Assembly: GCA_964421565.1 (NCBI GenBank)
Contig: CAYQXJ010000003.1
Location: 82,465-146,464, forward strand
Source of the DNA: an uncultured candidatus Brocadiaceae bacterium
GTDB lineage: Bacteria; Planctomycetota; Brocadiia; SM23-32
DNA length: 64,000 nucleotides
Direction: 5' to 3'
Below, piece after piece: positions 30,117 through 39,774 of the stretch. The notes beneath the pieces are model-generated. The model saw only the letters and a list, made by a program, of their open reading frames with translations. It was not told the origin of the DNA and did no database searches. The position numbers were made by a program, and so were the translations under genes. Position 1 is the first letter of the stretch; every line of letters begins with the position of its first letter.

Positions 30117-31997
30117 TCACCGGTCCAGCACCTCCCTGACCCTGGCTACGAGCTCCCTGGCACTGAACGGTTTCTCCAGCAAACCACTCAGGCCATCCAT
30201 CGCCAGCCGCTGCGACAGTGCCTCGTCTGCATAGCCCGACATGTAGAGAGCCCGCAAACCGGGCCGCGTGGCCCGTAGGCGACGACTCAGGTCAATGCCA
30301 TTGGCGCCCGGCATCACAACATCGGTAACCAAAATCTGTATCCGGTCCCGCTGGCGGGCGAACAACTGTTCCGCCTCGGCCGGGTCGGCTGCACACAACA
30401 CTTCGTATCCGTACCTCTGGAGTGCCCTTTCGACTATGCAACGGACCTGGTCACTGTCCTCCACAAGCAACACGCACTCATCACCGCGCAGGACGGCCTC
30501 ACCGCCGTCAGGCCCCTCGCCGGCATCGTCCGCCGGGGTTATGGCGGGCAGGTATACCTTGAACCGCGTACCCCGCCCCGGCTCGCTGTAGAACCATATG
30601 TGGCCTCCGTGTTGCTTGACAGCCCCATAGACAGTGGCAAGCCCCAACCCGGTGCCCTGCCCTTTCGCCTTGGTGGTGAAGAACGGTTCGAAGATTTGCT
30701 CGCACGTTTCGGCATCCATCCCCCGGCCGGTGTCGGTGACTGCCAGAACGGCGTACAGGCCGGGCTGCACTTCGGGGTGGCTATCACAGTAGTCCGCGTC
30801 GAGCTGCGCACGCGCCGTTTCGATCTTCAGAGTTCCTCCATCGGGCATGGCGTCCCGCGCGTTGAGCGCAAGGTTGAGGATGATCTGCTCCACCCGGCCG
30901 GTATCCGCCAGCACAAGGGGCACGTCGTCCGCCATTTCGATTCGGATCTCGACGTTCTCGCTGATGAGGCGTCGCAGCATCTTTCGCATGCCATCAAGGA
31001 CCGTGTTCAGGCTGGTCTCCTCGCGCGAGAGCCCTTTTCGGCGGCTGAAGGCCAACAACTGGCGGCTCAGCGCGGCCGCGCGTTCGCCCGCGTTGAGTAT
31101 CTCATCCAGGTCCTCATGCCGCCGGTCGTCGGGCTCCAGGGAATCACGCACAAGCTGTGCGTAACCGTTGATGGCAACCAGCAGGTTGTTGAAGTCATGG
31201 GCAACGCCGCCGGCCAACCTGCCCAGCGCCTCCAGGCGTGCGCTCTGCCCAAGCTGCTCGCTGACACACTGCCGGGCGCTTACGTCCTCGACCACCGCGG
31301 TGGCTCCCACGAGGCGGCCGTCCCGGCGCATGGGGCAGGCAACGATCCGGTAGCTGCGTTCGCCTCGGGAACCGTTCCGATGGACGACGCCCTCGCACCT
31401 GCGCCCCGTCTTCAGCGCCTCAACCACGGGGCAGTTGGCGCAGGGCCCGCCCCGTGCGTCCTCCAGCAGCGCCTCGTAGCAACGCTGCTTTGACCCGCTC
31501 CGTAGTTGGGGAAAAGCCTTGCGGGCGAAGTCATTCGACTCCAGAACCCGCATCTCGCCGTTCAGCACGAGCACGCCGAGCCCGATGCTCTCGAAGACCT
31601 CGCGATAGCGCGGAGCTGAGGAAGGCCGGGCCGGCGCAAGCTCAGCAACGACGCTGCAGCCCGAGGGCAACCCTGCCTGTCCGGTACGGACCCGCAAGAC
31701 TGTGGCCAGAGCGGCGGCGATCTTGCGGCAGTCGCCATCGGGCAGGTACACCACCGGTGCGGCCATGCCGTGCTCGGCTAGCATACGGCTCACCTCACCG
31801 GGCTCGACCGCCTGAACCGAGTGGTCGCACACCAGGACCAAGTCCAGGGGCACTCGTGCGAGCATTTGCCTCAGGTCTTCGCGAGTGAGGGCGCGATCGA
31901 CCTGGGCCTGAAGGCCGAGTGCGTTCAGTTGTTCGGCTATTGCCCGTGTCGGTCGCTCGGTAGAGTCGACGTGAACGATGCGGACAGGTGATGTCAT
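30117..31997 (-). CDS. Hybrid sensor histidine kinase (pseudo-receiver/PAS - HisKA - HATPase - receiver)
   Basis: H-box [12 protein letters not shown]1 DTGRGMD, G2 GTGLGLA, C-terminal receiver VLLVEDSD...[12 protein letters not shown] 31997 ([10 protein letters not shown]) overlaps the upstream receiver-gene stop (TGATG). The longer track ORF is rejected. Confidence 0.85.
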   Translation of the reverse strand: MTSPVRIVHVDSTERPTRAIAEQLNALGLQAQVDRALTREDLRQMLARVPLDLVLVCDHSVQAVEPGEVSRMLAEHGMAAPVVYLPDGDCRKIAAALATVLRVRTGQAGLPSGCSVVAELAPARPSSAPRYREVFESIGLGVLVLNGEMRVLESNDFARKAFPQLRSGSKQRCYEALLEDARGGPCANCPVVEALKTGRRCEGVVHRNGSRGERSYRIVACPMRRDGRLVGATAVVEDVSARQCVSEQLGQSARLEALGRLAGGVAHDFNNLLVAINGYAQLVRDSLEPDDRRHEDLDEILNAGERAAALSRQLLAFSRRKGLSREETSLNTVLDGMRKMLRRLISENVEIRIEMADDVPLVLADTGRVEQIILNLALNARDAMPDGGTLKIETARAQLDADYCDSHPEVQPGLYAVLAVTDTGRGMDAETCEQIFEPFFTTKAKGQGTGLGLATVYGAVKQHGGHIWFYSEPGRGTRFKVYLPAITPADDAGEGPDGGEAVLRGDECVLLVEDSDQVRCIVERALQRYGYEVLCAADPAEAEQLFARQRDRIQILVTDVVMPGANGIDLSRRLRATRPGLRALYMSGYADEALSQRLAMDGLSGLLEKPFSARELVARVREVLDR

Positions 31998-32443
31998 CAC
32001 TTCTCCCGGTGGCTCGATGGCGTGCGCGACGTAGGTCGGCGCGGGCCGGCCACCGCCTCTTCCTCTTGTGTATCGTCGGCATGCCGCCGTCCGCTCAGCC
32101 GGTTCAGCACGCCGGGCAACTGCGTCAACTGGAACGATTTGTCCAGGAAGCAAGCTGCCCCAAGCGCCATGGCCTGGGTCTTATACTCGACCGAGGTGTT
32201 GTTGGTAACGACGACGATCAGGGGGCGGAACAGCCTGCCCTGCAGGCGCCGCAGCAGCCCTATGCCTGAGCCTTCACTCAGTGAGATATCGGCAACGACC
32301 GCCTGCGGGCGAAGTTGCTCGATCAACTCCACCGCCTGCGCCTCCGTCGTGGCACACCCAACGACTGAGTGCCCGTGAGACTCCAGAAGCGCGGCGATGC
32401 GCTTTAGCATCATCTCGTTGTCCTCTACCAGAAGTACTTCCAT
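31997..32443 (-). CDS. Single-domain response regulator (CheY-like receiver)
   Basis: MEVLLVEDNEMM...VVADISLSEGSG...FLDKS receiver pattern with no output domain. Confidence 0.85.
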   Translation of the reverse strand: MEVLLVEDNEMMLKRIAALLESHGHSVVGCATTEAQAVELIEQLRPQAVVADISLSEGSGIGLLRRLQGRLFRPLIVVVTNNTSVEYKTQAMALGAACFLDKSFQLTQLPGVLNRLSGRRHADDTQEEEAVAGPRRPTSRTPSSHREK

Positions 32444-32765
32444 GTCGATGCCGTCCTGCCAGTTGAGGCTACTGTGAGTGTATCACTGCTACCCGGGGTA
32501 CAGGTAGCAGACGGCGCGCCATCTCACTGTCGGCGCAGGGGCCGAGTTCACGTAGGAATGCTCCTACGCAGCGAGGGCATAACGCCCTCACAAGTAATGG
32601 CTTACGCCGCGAAAAGTGCAGTTGGGGCAGGGAAAGATGCGACGGCGCAGCAACCCGTTGCGGCGGGACGGGTACAGTGCGGCAGGCACCAGGATGGCCC
32701 GGCACAGCCAGTGGCCAACCAGCAGCCTGCTGAACAGCCGGCGCCCCCAGTTCCTCAACAGGGCA

Positions 32766-33398
32766 TCAGACCAGGTTATGCTCCAGGGCGTAGCGTATGA
32801 GTTCCGCGTTGTTGGACATGCCCATCTTCTCCAGCAGGCGCGTGCGGTAGGTGCTGACGGTCTTCACGCTCAGGTGCAGTTCGTCGGCAATCTCCCCCAC
32901 TGCGTTGCCGCGGGCGATCATGCAGAGCACCTGGAACTCGCGATCGGATAACCTGTCGTGTAGGTGCTCGGCTTCCCCGTCCTCCAGCCGATAGGCGAGC
33001 TTCTCCGCAAGGGTGTCGGTGATGTACTTGCGGCCAGCCAGGGCACGCTGAACGGCCTGGAGCAACTCCTCGGGCGGTGCGTTCTTCCCCAGGTAGCCTG
33101 CTGCGCCGAGTCGCAGCACCCGCACTGCATACTGGCCCTCGGGATGCACGCTCAGCACCAGCACCGGCAGGTCGGGCGCGCGTTCCCTCATATCGCGCAG
33201 CACGTCGATGCCGCTGCGTCCGGGCATGTTTATGTCGAGTATCACCAGGTCCCAATCGGCCTGTGCCACCAGTTTCAGCACGCCGACGCCGTCCTGCGCC
33301 TCGCCGAACTCCGCATTCGGCAGGTCCTCCTGAAGCAACTGGCGCAAGCCCCTTCTGACTACGGCGTGGTCGTCGGCAATCAGTATCCGCATGCTCAC
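32766..33398 (-). CDS. NarL/FixJ (LuxR-type HTH) response regulator
   Basis: Receiver RILIADDHAVVR...LVILDINMPG plus LuxR HTH LSDREFQVLCMIARGNAVGEIADELHLSVKTVSTYR. Confidence 0.9.
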   Translation of the reverse strand: MSMRILIADDHAVVRRGLRQLLQEDLPNAEFGEAQDGVGVLKLVAQADWDLVILDINMPGRSGIDVLRDMRERAPDLPVLVLSVHPEGQYAVRVLRLGAAGYLGKNAPPEELLQAVQRALAGRKYITDTLAEKLAYRLEDGEAEHLHDRLSDREFQVLCMIARGNAVGEIADELHLSVKTVSTYRTRLLEKMGMSNNAELIRYALEHNLV

Positions 33399-33417
33399 GC
33401 CCCGCTCTCCTGGTTCG

Positions 33418-36400
33418 TTACTCGCCTCCCGGCCGGGGGATCATCACTCGCACCGTAGTGCCGCCAGCGGGCGCGCTGGCCAGCTCCAGGCGACCGCCGA
33501 ACTCAGCAGCACGCTCGCGCATGCCCAGTATACCGGTCCCCTCGGCAGGGCATGCCGCCTCCGACTTCATGCCCGTACCGTTATCGCTGACCTCAAGCTC
33601 GATGGCCCCGTCACGCTCGCGCAGCTCGCCCTCGATTCGGGCAGCTTTGCCATGGCGCACGGCGTTGGTCAGCACCTCCTGACAGATGCGGAAGATGGCG
33701 GTCGACCTGGCCTCGTCGAGCTCCAGGTCGGCAGGTTCGGCGTGGAAGACGCACTCGGCGCCGGTAGCTTCGGCGAAGTCACGGAACAGCCATTCCAGAG
33801 CAGCCACGAGGCCCAGGTCATCCAGCACCCCGGGGCGCAGTTCGGTGGCAATGCGGCGCACGCTCTCGATGGTGGAGTCCGTCAGGCGCGCCATCTCCTG
33901 AAGCGTTTCGCGTATGTCGAGGTCAGCGGCGCCGGCCTGCTTCTGCAGGCGTCGCTGCAGTAAGGTGGCGTCCATCTTCAGCGCCGTGAGGGCATGGCCG
34001 AGCTGGTCGTGTATGTCACGGGCCAGACGCTTGCGCTCCTGCTCCCGCGCATCGCGCAGCCTCGCAGCGAGTTTGCGCAGCCCGTCGCGCGCCAGGCGCA
34101 GGTTCTCCTCCGCCCGCTTGCGCGCGCTGATATCCCTCACCACGATGAGAATCGAGCCGGCTGCGTCGACGCCTGCGGAGAGCGGCGCCACGTAGTGCTC
34201 CGCGGCGAAGGTGGTGCCGTCACGTCGTCGCATTGGGCGTTCGACGCTCAACTCCTCCCCCCGGCGCAGGGCCACCTCCTCCATCTGCACGAACTCGCGG
34301 TAAGAGTCCTTATCCACGTGGAGCATGGCGAAGCTGGCACCGAGCAGGTCCCTCTGCCCGTAGCCGAACATGCGCAGAGCCGCATCGTTGCAGGCGACGA
34401 TGGTCCGCCCCTCGGGCTCGAGAACAAACACGGCCTCGACAAGGCTGGCGAACACGCGCTCGAGCAACGCTGTCGTCTCCAGCAGCTCGCGCTCTGCCCT
34501 CTTGCGTTCATGCACGTCGCGCACGGCCCCGGCCATCTGCGAGGGGCGACCGCTTTCGTCCCACTGAGCTTGCCCGCGTATCTGGACCCAGCGGTACGAG
34601 CCGTCACCATGGCGCAGCCTAAACTCCACGTCGAGGGGCCTTCTGTCCTCCAGGTGGGCACGCAGCGCCCGCTCCATGCCCGCCATGTCATCCGGGTGTA
34701 CGAGCGACTTGAACGCCGAGTAGGCTGCGCGCAGTTCGCGCGGCTGATAGCCGAACATTGCGTACAGGCGCTGCGACCACCACATCTCGTCCTCAGAAAC
34801 TTCCGGCCAGACCCACATCCCGTCGTTCGCGCCACGCATGGCGAGCTGGAACCGTTCCTCACTCCGCTCACGCGCTTCCTCAGCCTTGCGGCGTGCCGTG
34901 ACATCCGTGATGAAACCCTCAAGGCGCTGGTCCTCGCCCGAGCCACCGACCGCCCGGCCTTGCTCCCACACCCAGCGCACGCCGCCGGCTTGATTGCGGA
35001 TGCGGTACTCGAGCTGGAATGCCCTTCCCGCTCCGATAGCTGCCTGCACTTCGGCTCTCACCCGTTCCCGGTCATCCGGATGTATCACCTCCGCGTAGGA
35101 GACGACGCGGTTGCCCACCAAGTCCTCCGGGGCGTAGCCCGTCAGCCCCCAGCAGCCCTGGCTGACGAACTCCATTGTCCAGTGCTCATCCGCCAGGCAC
35201 CGGTAGACGATGCCCGGCAAGTTGCTGAGCAGGGTCGCGAGGGTGCGCTGACTGCGTTCGAGCAGTTCCTCGGCACGCCGACGCTCCGTGATGTCTTCGG
35301 CGCTGCCTTCGTAGTAGAGCACCTCCCCCTGCTCGTTGCGATGTATCCTTCCGCTCAGCGCCACGTCGATGGCCCTGCCGTCATAGCGTCGCAGCTTCAC
35401 GGTGTAGCCCGTGGTGCTTCCCTCACGCTCCATCACACGGCGCCAGTTCCGCCGCTCTGTTGGGTCGGGATAGAGTTCTCGGACATTGGTGCCCAGCAGT
35501 GCCTGCCGCGAAGGGTAGGCGAGCATGCTGACCAGTTCGCGGTTTGCCTGCAGGAACTCACCCGCCGGCGTTGTGCGGTAAAGGCCGACCGGCACTCCGT
35601 CGAACAGGCTGCGGTAACGCTGCTCACTCTGTTGCAGCGCGCGTGCCGCTTCGACCTCGTCGGTGATGTCCATCAGCATGCCGACCACGCGCACCGTCTG
35701 GCCGTGCTGCACTACGGGGCGCGCCACAGTCCGCACCCACCGGTGTCGGCCGGCGGCGTCGGTAAATCCGGCCCGCAGGTCGTAGGACTCGCCCTCCTCC
35801 AAAAGCCGCCCATATGCCTGCTCGACGCGCCTGCGGTCGTCTTCGTCGTAGCAATCGAGGATGCGCTCCGTGTGGTCGCTGCCCGGCTCGACCGGCAATC
35901 CATGGATGCGGTATACCTCCTCGGTCCAGGTCATCGTGTCGGTGGCGACATCGTATTCCCAGCCGCCGACCTTGGCCAGTCTTTGGGATTCGCTCAGCAG
36001 GGCCTGGCTCCGGGCAAGGGCCTGCTCGGCTTCCTGGCGCGCGGCGCGGGTGCGCAGCGCTTGTATGCCATAGCCCAGGTCCGCCGCCAGCTCGCAGAGC
36101 AGGGCCAGTTCCTCATCCTCAAAGGCGTCCGGCTCGGCCGCGTAGATGTTCAGCACACCGATGCATTCATCCCCACCCAAGATGGGCAGCGCGACTGCCG
36201 AGGAGTAACCGCGCTTCAGGGCCTCTGCCCGCCACGGGGCGAACGCGGGATCGGTGCTTATGTGACGGCAGACCGACGGCTCGCCCGTGCGCACGGTCAC
36301 GCCCGACGGGCCACTGCCGCGCTCTGCATCGCCGAGGGGCACCTGCAGCGTCGCAAGGTAGCCCTGCTCGAAGCCGGCGGAGGCAACGGGACGCACACCG

Positions 36401-36807
36401 TCGGCAGCGTCCGGCTCAACGTAGCCGACCCATGCCATGCGGTACCCCGCGTCTTCCACCACCGCCGAGCAGACAGCGCTCAGCAACTGCTGTTCGTCGC
36501 TGGCCCGCACCATCGCCTGGCCGACGTGGCGGATCGCTTCGAGCGCACGGTTGCTGCGCTCCAGCTCCGTCTGGGCTTGCCTCGTGCGGCGTAGTTGCCG
36601 GCGAACCAGCAGGTAAAGCAGCAGCGCTGTCAGCCCGACAAAAACCCATCCCTTGTACCGCTGCGCGGCAGCGAAGGCCCCGGCGTCGGGGAACACCAGA
36701 CGCGCCGCCTCGTCCGTGAGCAGTATCCACAGGAAACCAAAGATAAGGAAGTAGCCCGCCACTCGGAGCGGCATTCGGCGGCTGCTCTCGCGCCTCTTAC
36801 CCGGCAT
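33418..36807 (-). CDS. Membrane-anchored multi-PAS/GAF sensor histidine kinase (HisKA_3/NarX type)
   Basis: N-terminal TM helices, GAF and several PAS repeats, HisKA_3 H-box RLARDIHDQLGHALTALK, HATPase GTGILGMRERAAEFGG. Lies 19 nt upstream of its NarL-type partner. Confidence 0.9.
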   Translation of the reverse strand: MPGKRRESSRRMPLRVAGYFLIFGFLWILLTDEAARLVFPDAGAFAAAQRYKGWVFVGLTALLLYLLVRRQLRRTRQAQTELERSNRALEAIRHVGQAMVRASDEQQLLSAVCSAVVEDAGYRMAWVGYVEPDAADGVRPVASAGFEQGYLATLQVPLGDAERGSGPSGVTVRTGEPSVCRHISTDPAFAPWRAEALKRGYSSAVALPILGGDECIGVLNIYAAEPDAFEDEELALLCELAADLGYGIQALRTRAARQEAEQALARSQALLSESQRLAKVGGWEYDVATDTMTWTEEVYRIHGLPVEPGSDHTERILDCYDEDDRRRVEQAYGRLLEEGESYDLRAGFTDAAGRHRWVRTVARPVVQHGQTVRVVGMLMDITDEVEAARALQQSEQRYRSLFDGVPVGLYRTTPAGEFLQANRELVSMLAYPSRQALLGTNVRELYPDPTERRNWRRVMEREGSTTGYTVKLRRYDGRAIDVALSGRIHRNEQGEVLYYEGSAEDITERRRAEELLERSQRTLATLLSNLPGIVYRCLADEHWTMEFVSQGCWGLTGYAPEDLVGNRVVSYAEVIHPDDRERVRAEVQAAIGAGRAFQLEYRIRNQAGGVRWVWEQGRAVGGSGEDQRLEGFITDVTARRKAEEARERSEERFQLAMRGANDGMWVWPEVSEDEMWWSQRLYAMFGYQPRELRAAYSAFKSLVHPDDMAGMERALRAHLEDRRPLDVEFRLRHGDGSYRWVQIRGQAQWDESGRPSQMAGAVRDVHERKRAERELLETTALLERVFASLVEAVFVLEPEGRTIVACNDAALRMFGYGQRDLLGASFAMLHVDKDSYREFVQMEEVALRRGEELSVERPMRRRDGTTFAAEHYVAPLSAGVDAAGSILIVVRDISARKRAEENLRLARDGLRKLAARLRDAREQERKRLARDIHDQLGHALTALKMDATLLQRRLQKQAGAADLDIRETLQEMARLTDSTIESVRRIATELRPGVLDDLGLVAALEWLFRDFAEATGAECVFHAEPADLELDEARSTAIFRICQEVLTNAVRHGKAARIEGELRERDGAIELEVSDNGTGMKSEAACPAEGTGILGMRERAAEFGGRLELASAPAGGTTVRVMIPRPGGE

Positions 36808-37042
36808 GCACGCACCTCCCCAGGCGCCTCAGGGCACACGCAACCGACTGCCCCAGAGTGCTACGCCCGCCGGCACGACAAGCCCGGGCAGCACTGCCGC
36901 CCGCGCGCCGTTCCGCTGCGCGCACAGTGCTGCCCACTGGCCTTCGCACAAAGCACACCATGTCAACACCTGGTACCCGACACCCCTCCCGGCGGCTCCA
37001 CTCCCAAGCCCGTACTTGCCCCAGGCCGCCGACACATATCAC

Positions 37043-37069
37043 ATTGTAGCATACTCGGGGCAATGTCAA
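37043..37069 (-). promoter_or_regulatory. Candidate promoter on the minus strand: -35 TTGACA (37069-37064), 15-nt spacer, extended -10 TGCTACAAT (37051-37043)
   Basis: Consensus -35 and TGn-TACAAT read on the reverse complement, about 235 nt upstream of the sensor-kinase ATG. Spacer is short. Confidence 0.35.
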
Positions 37070-37176
37070 GCCGCATTCTGCTACAAGCCCATACTCCCCC
37101 TCCACAAGCCCGCTCGCACCGATACGCCGCGGCCCGAAAACGTCGGCTGATAGCGCCGCGCCCGCGGCGACCAGGC

Positions 37177-38232
37177 TCACCCCGCAGCATCTTCCAGCAC
37201 GCCGCTCTCCACCATCTGCAGCAGGGCGGAAGGCGCAGGCCCCAGCGGCAGGTCCACTCGTCCCCGCCGGCGGCTCGACTCGTAGGCAGCGAAGATGATC
37301 TCGGTGGCGCGCAACGCGTTCTCGCTCGACAGCAGCGGCTTCTGGCCGCTCTCCAGGCAATCCAGCAGGTTCTGAATGCCCCGGTAGATCGCCGCGTCAT
37401 CGTGGATCGACTCGCCCGTATCGACCTCGCGCCAGCCCGGCTTATCGAAGCGGTGCACACGCAGCCACGGGTCACTCGTGGTAATCTCCAGCACGCCGTC
37501 CTCGCCCGTAACGCGGATGAAGCAGCCGAGGTCGGTGTTGTCCTTTCCGCTGAACATCGTCGCCCGCACGCCGTTCTCGAAGCGGAAGGTAACCAGCCCC
37601 TGGCCCTCCATCAGCGCGCCGAAGGCACGCCCTGCACCGCGGATGTCGATCTGCCCCAGAGCCCACTGCACCGGCGTCTCATCGTTGAAGTAGAACATCA
37701 TGTCGAGCCAGTGCGTGCCGGAGTCGAACAGGTTGTGCCACGCCGCCTCCATGCGCCTTATGCGGCCGATCTCACCCTCGGCCAGCAGCCGCTTAGCCTC
37801 CAGAAAAGGCTTGTTGTAGCGACGCTGATGGTTGATCGTTAGCTGCACGCCGTGCTCGGTGCAGATCTCGTGCATTCGCACCGCAGCGTCCCAGTGAACG
37901 TCCATCGGCTTCTCGCAATGGATGGCCATCGGGCGGGCAGGCGCTATGTCGCAGACGACCTTCCCGTGCAGGTGCGGCCACAGGCACACGCTCACGACAT
38001 CCGGCTCCGCCTCGCGCATCATGTCCGTATAATCCGCGTATATCTTCGCTTCCGGATTGTGCTCCGCCACGAAGGCCTCGGCGTTCTCCCTGTTGATGTC
38101 GGCAACGGCCACAAGTTCGCACCTGCCGGAGCGCGCGTAACCCGCCATGTGACGGTGCGCCATCCCGAAGCCCGTCGCCTTCTCCGTCCGCCACGGTCGT
38201 CCACAGCCGATGATGCCTACTCTGTATTGCAC
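37177..38232 (-). CDS. Gfo/Idh/MocA-family NAD(P)-dependent oxidoreductase
   Basis: Rossmann N-terminus QYRVGIIGCGRP and EKP motif HCEKPM. GTG start with upstream AAGGGAAG. Confidence 0.85.
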   Translation of the reverse strand: MQYRVGIIGCGRPWRTEKATGFGMAHRHMAGYARSGRCELVAVADINRENAEAFVAEHNPEAKIYADYTDMMREAEPDVVSVCLWPHLHGKVVCDIAPARPMAIHCEKPMDVHWDAAVRMHEICTEHGVQLTINHQRRYNKPFLEAKRLLAEGEIGRIRRMEAAWHNLFDSGTHWLDMMFYFNDETPVQWALGQIDIRGAGRAFGALMEGQGLVTFRFENGVRATMFSGKDNTDLGCFIRVTGEDGVLEITTSDPWLRVHRFDKPGWREVDTGESIHDDAAIYRGIQNLLDCLESGQKPLLSSENALRATEIIFAAYESSRRRGRVDLPLGPAPSALLQMVESGVLEDAAG

Positions 38233-38292
38233 AGCACTCTCGCTTCCCTTTGGTCTTGTTCAGCGTCCATGTCGCGCGCGCCACAGCCTCCC

Positions 38293-39084
38293 TCAGCCGA
38301 CGAGCGCCTTCAGGTTCCTGAAGCTCACCTCGACGCTCTCCATCGGCGTAAGGTCGCGCATGCGGTCCTGCTCGATCACCAGCCACTCCACCCCGCACTG
38401 CCGCGCCGCCTGCACCACCCCCGCCGTGTCAACCACACCCGTGCCGACCTCGGTGAACTGTGTCTCCTTGCGCCCCTCGTTTGCCGTCTCGCCGCCCTCG
38501 GGCGCCACGGCGATGTCCTTCATGTGCAACACGGGGCACCGGCCGGCGTACCTGCCGATCAACTCCACCGGGTCCCCGCCGCCGTATGTCACCCACGCCA
38601 CGTCCAGCTCGCACTTCACGTTCGCCGGGTCCGTGTTCTCCATCAGGATGTCGAGCGCGTAACGGCCATCGAACGTCGCAAGTTCATGGTTATGATTGTG
38701 ATACAGGAAGTCGAGCCCCGCCTCCGCGCAACGCTCGCCAACGTGATCGAAGAACTCCGCCTCCTCGCGCAACTGCCTCTCACTCTCCACAGGGCCCCAG
38801 TATGCGACCACGTGCCGACAGCCAACGCCCTGCGCCGTAGCGATCACCTCGTCAATCTGACCGTCGTCCATCCCCTGCCGAACCTGGCCCTGCGCCACGG
38901 CCTCCAGGCCGAGCTCGTCGAGCTTCTCGCGCACCTGGCGCGGCGACAGCCCCGCCCGCGACGCGATGCCGCCAGCGCCCTCAATGCCCTGGTAACCGAT
39001 CTCGGAGACGCGCCGCAGCGTCCCCCACGCATCCTTCTTGAGTTCCTCACCGATGATCCCGATCAAGCCGATCTTGAGCGCCAC
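38293..39084 (-). CDS. Sugar-phosphate isomerase/epimerase (xylose-isomerase-like TIM barrel)
   Basis: 263 aa, pattern IGLIGIIGEELKKD...YQGIEGA...FLYHNHNHEL...LVIEQD. GTG start after GGAGG. Confidence 0.75.
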   Translation of the reverse strand: MALKIGLIGIIGEELKKDAWGTLRRVSEIGYQGIEGAGGIASRAGLSPRQVREKLDELGLEAVAQGQVRQGMDDGQIDEVIATAQGVGCRHVVAYWGPVESERQLREEAEFFDHVGERCAEAGLDFLYHNHNHELATFDGRYALDILMENTDPANVKCELDVAWVTYGGGDPVELIGRYAGRCPVLHMKDIAVAPEGGETANEGRKETQFTEVGTGVVDTAGVVQAARQCGVEWLVIEQDRMRDLTPMESVEVSFRNLKALVG

Positions 39085-39625
39085 AGTCCTACCTCCGTGT
39101 CGGTGACCGCACCGGCCGCGCCGGCGCCGAGCAAAACGCGGCGCATGCTACGTGCCGCATCCGGGCAAGTCAAAGGGAGGGCTGCGCCAAAGCGACGGGG
39201 CCGCACCCCGCCGGGCCGCTGCGCACCGGGGGCGGGAGTTCTTCCACAGGAGCGAACCTACTTATCGGCATATGGCGCGCAGTTGTGTCTCGGCGTCCTA
39301 ACGCGCTGTGCCCACATGTCTTAGAACGAAATGGGTTCGTTTCGCATTCGGAGCCGGACGCGGATCCCCACGGAAGGCCGGGTGGAGTGCTGACATAGGT
39401 TTCGCGTCAGATCACGCGCTTTTCGTATGATTGTGAGGGACGGCTGCCGCCCGCCCGGACGAGGCGGCGGACATGGCCGGACGGTGGCCGGGATTCGCGG
39501 GGGGGGGCGTCCGGCGAGGCCCTCCGCCGGCAATCGCCCCGCCATATGCCGGTCGCGGGGTGGCCCCGCCCCGGCCGGCGGCGGCGCCGGGTCCGGATGG
39601 TTTCCGGGATTTCGGGGGTAGCAGG

Positions 39626-39774
39626 TCCGGTTGGTCATAGCGGAGGCCATACTACCCGTTCCCTTTCGTTGCGCCGTCCGACATGTCCCCATTTGGGCGC
39701 CGGTTCCGAACCTCGGGGCCCTATAGTGGCATGCCCGCCCTGCACATGGCAATCGGCGGGAGGGGACTGCCGGA
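39626..39774 (+). rRNA. 5S-rRNA-like element: divergent, ~149 nt, with a ~38-nt insertion in the loop-C region (possibly a pseudogene)
   Basis: Ordered matches to the bacterial 5S consensus as recalled: CATAGCGG (39636-39643), ACCCGTTCCC (39654-39663), TTCCGAAC (39704-39711), 3' GGGAGGGGACTGCCGG. The termini TCCGGTTGGTC (39626-39636) and GACTGCCGGA (39765-39774) can pair as helix I with one bulged U. CCCGCC/GGCGGG can pair as a helix IV/V analog. No 16S or 23S is present in the window. Confidence 0.45.
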
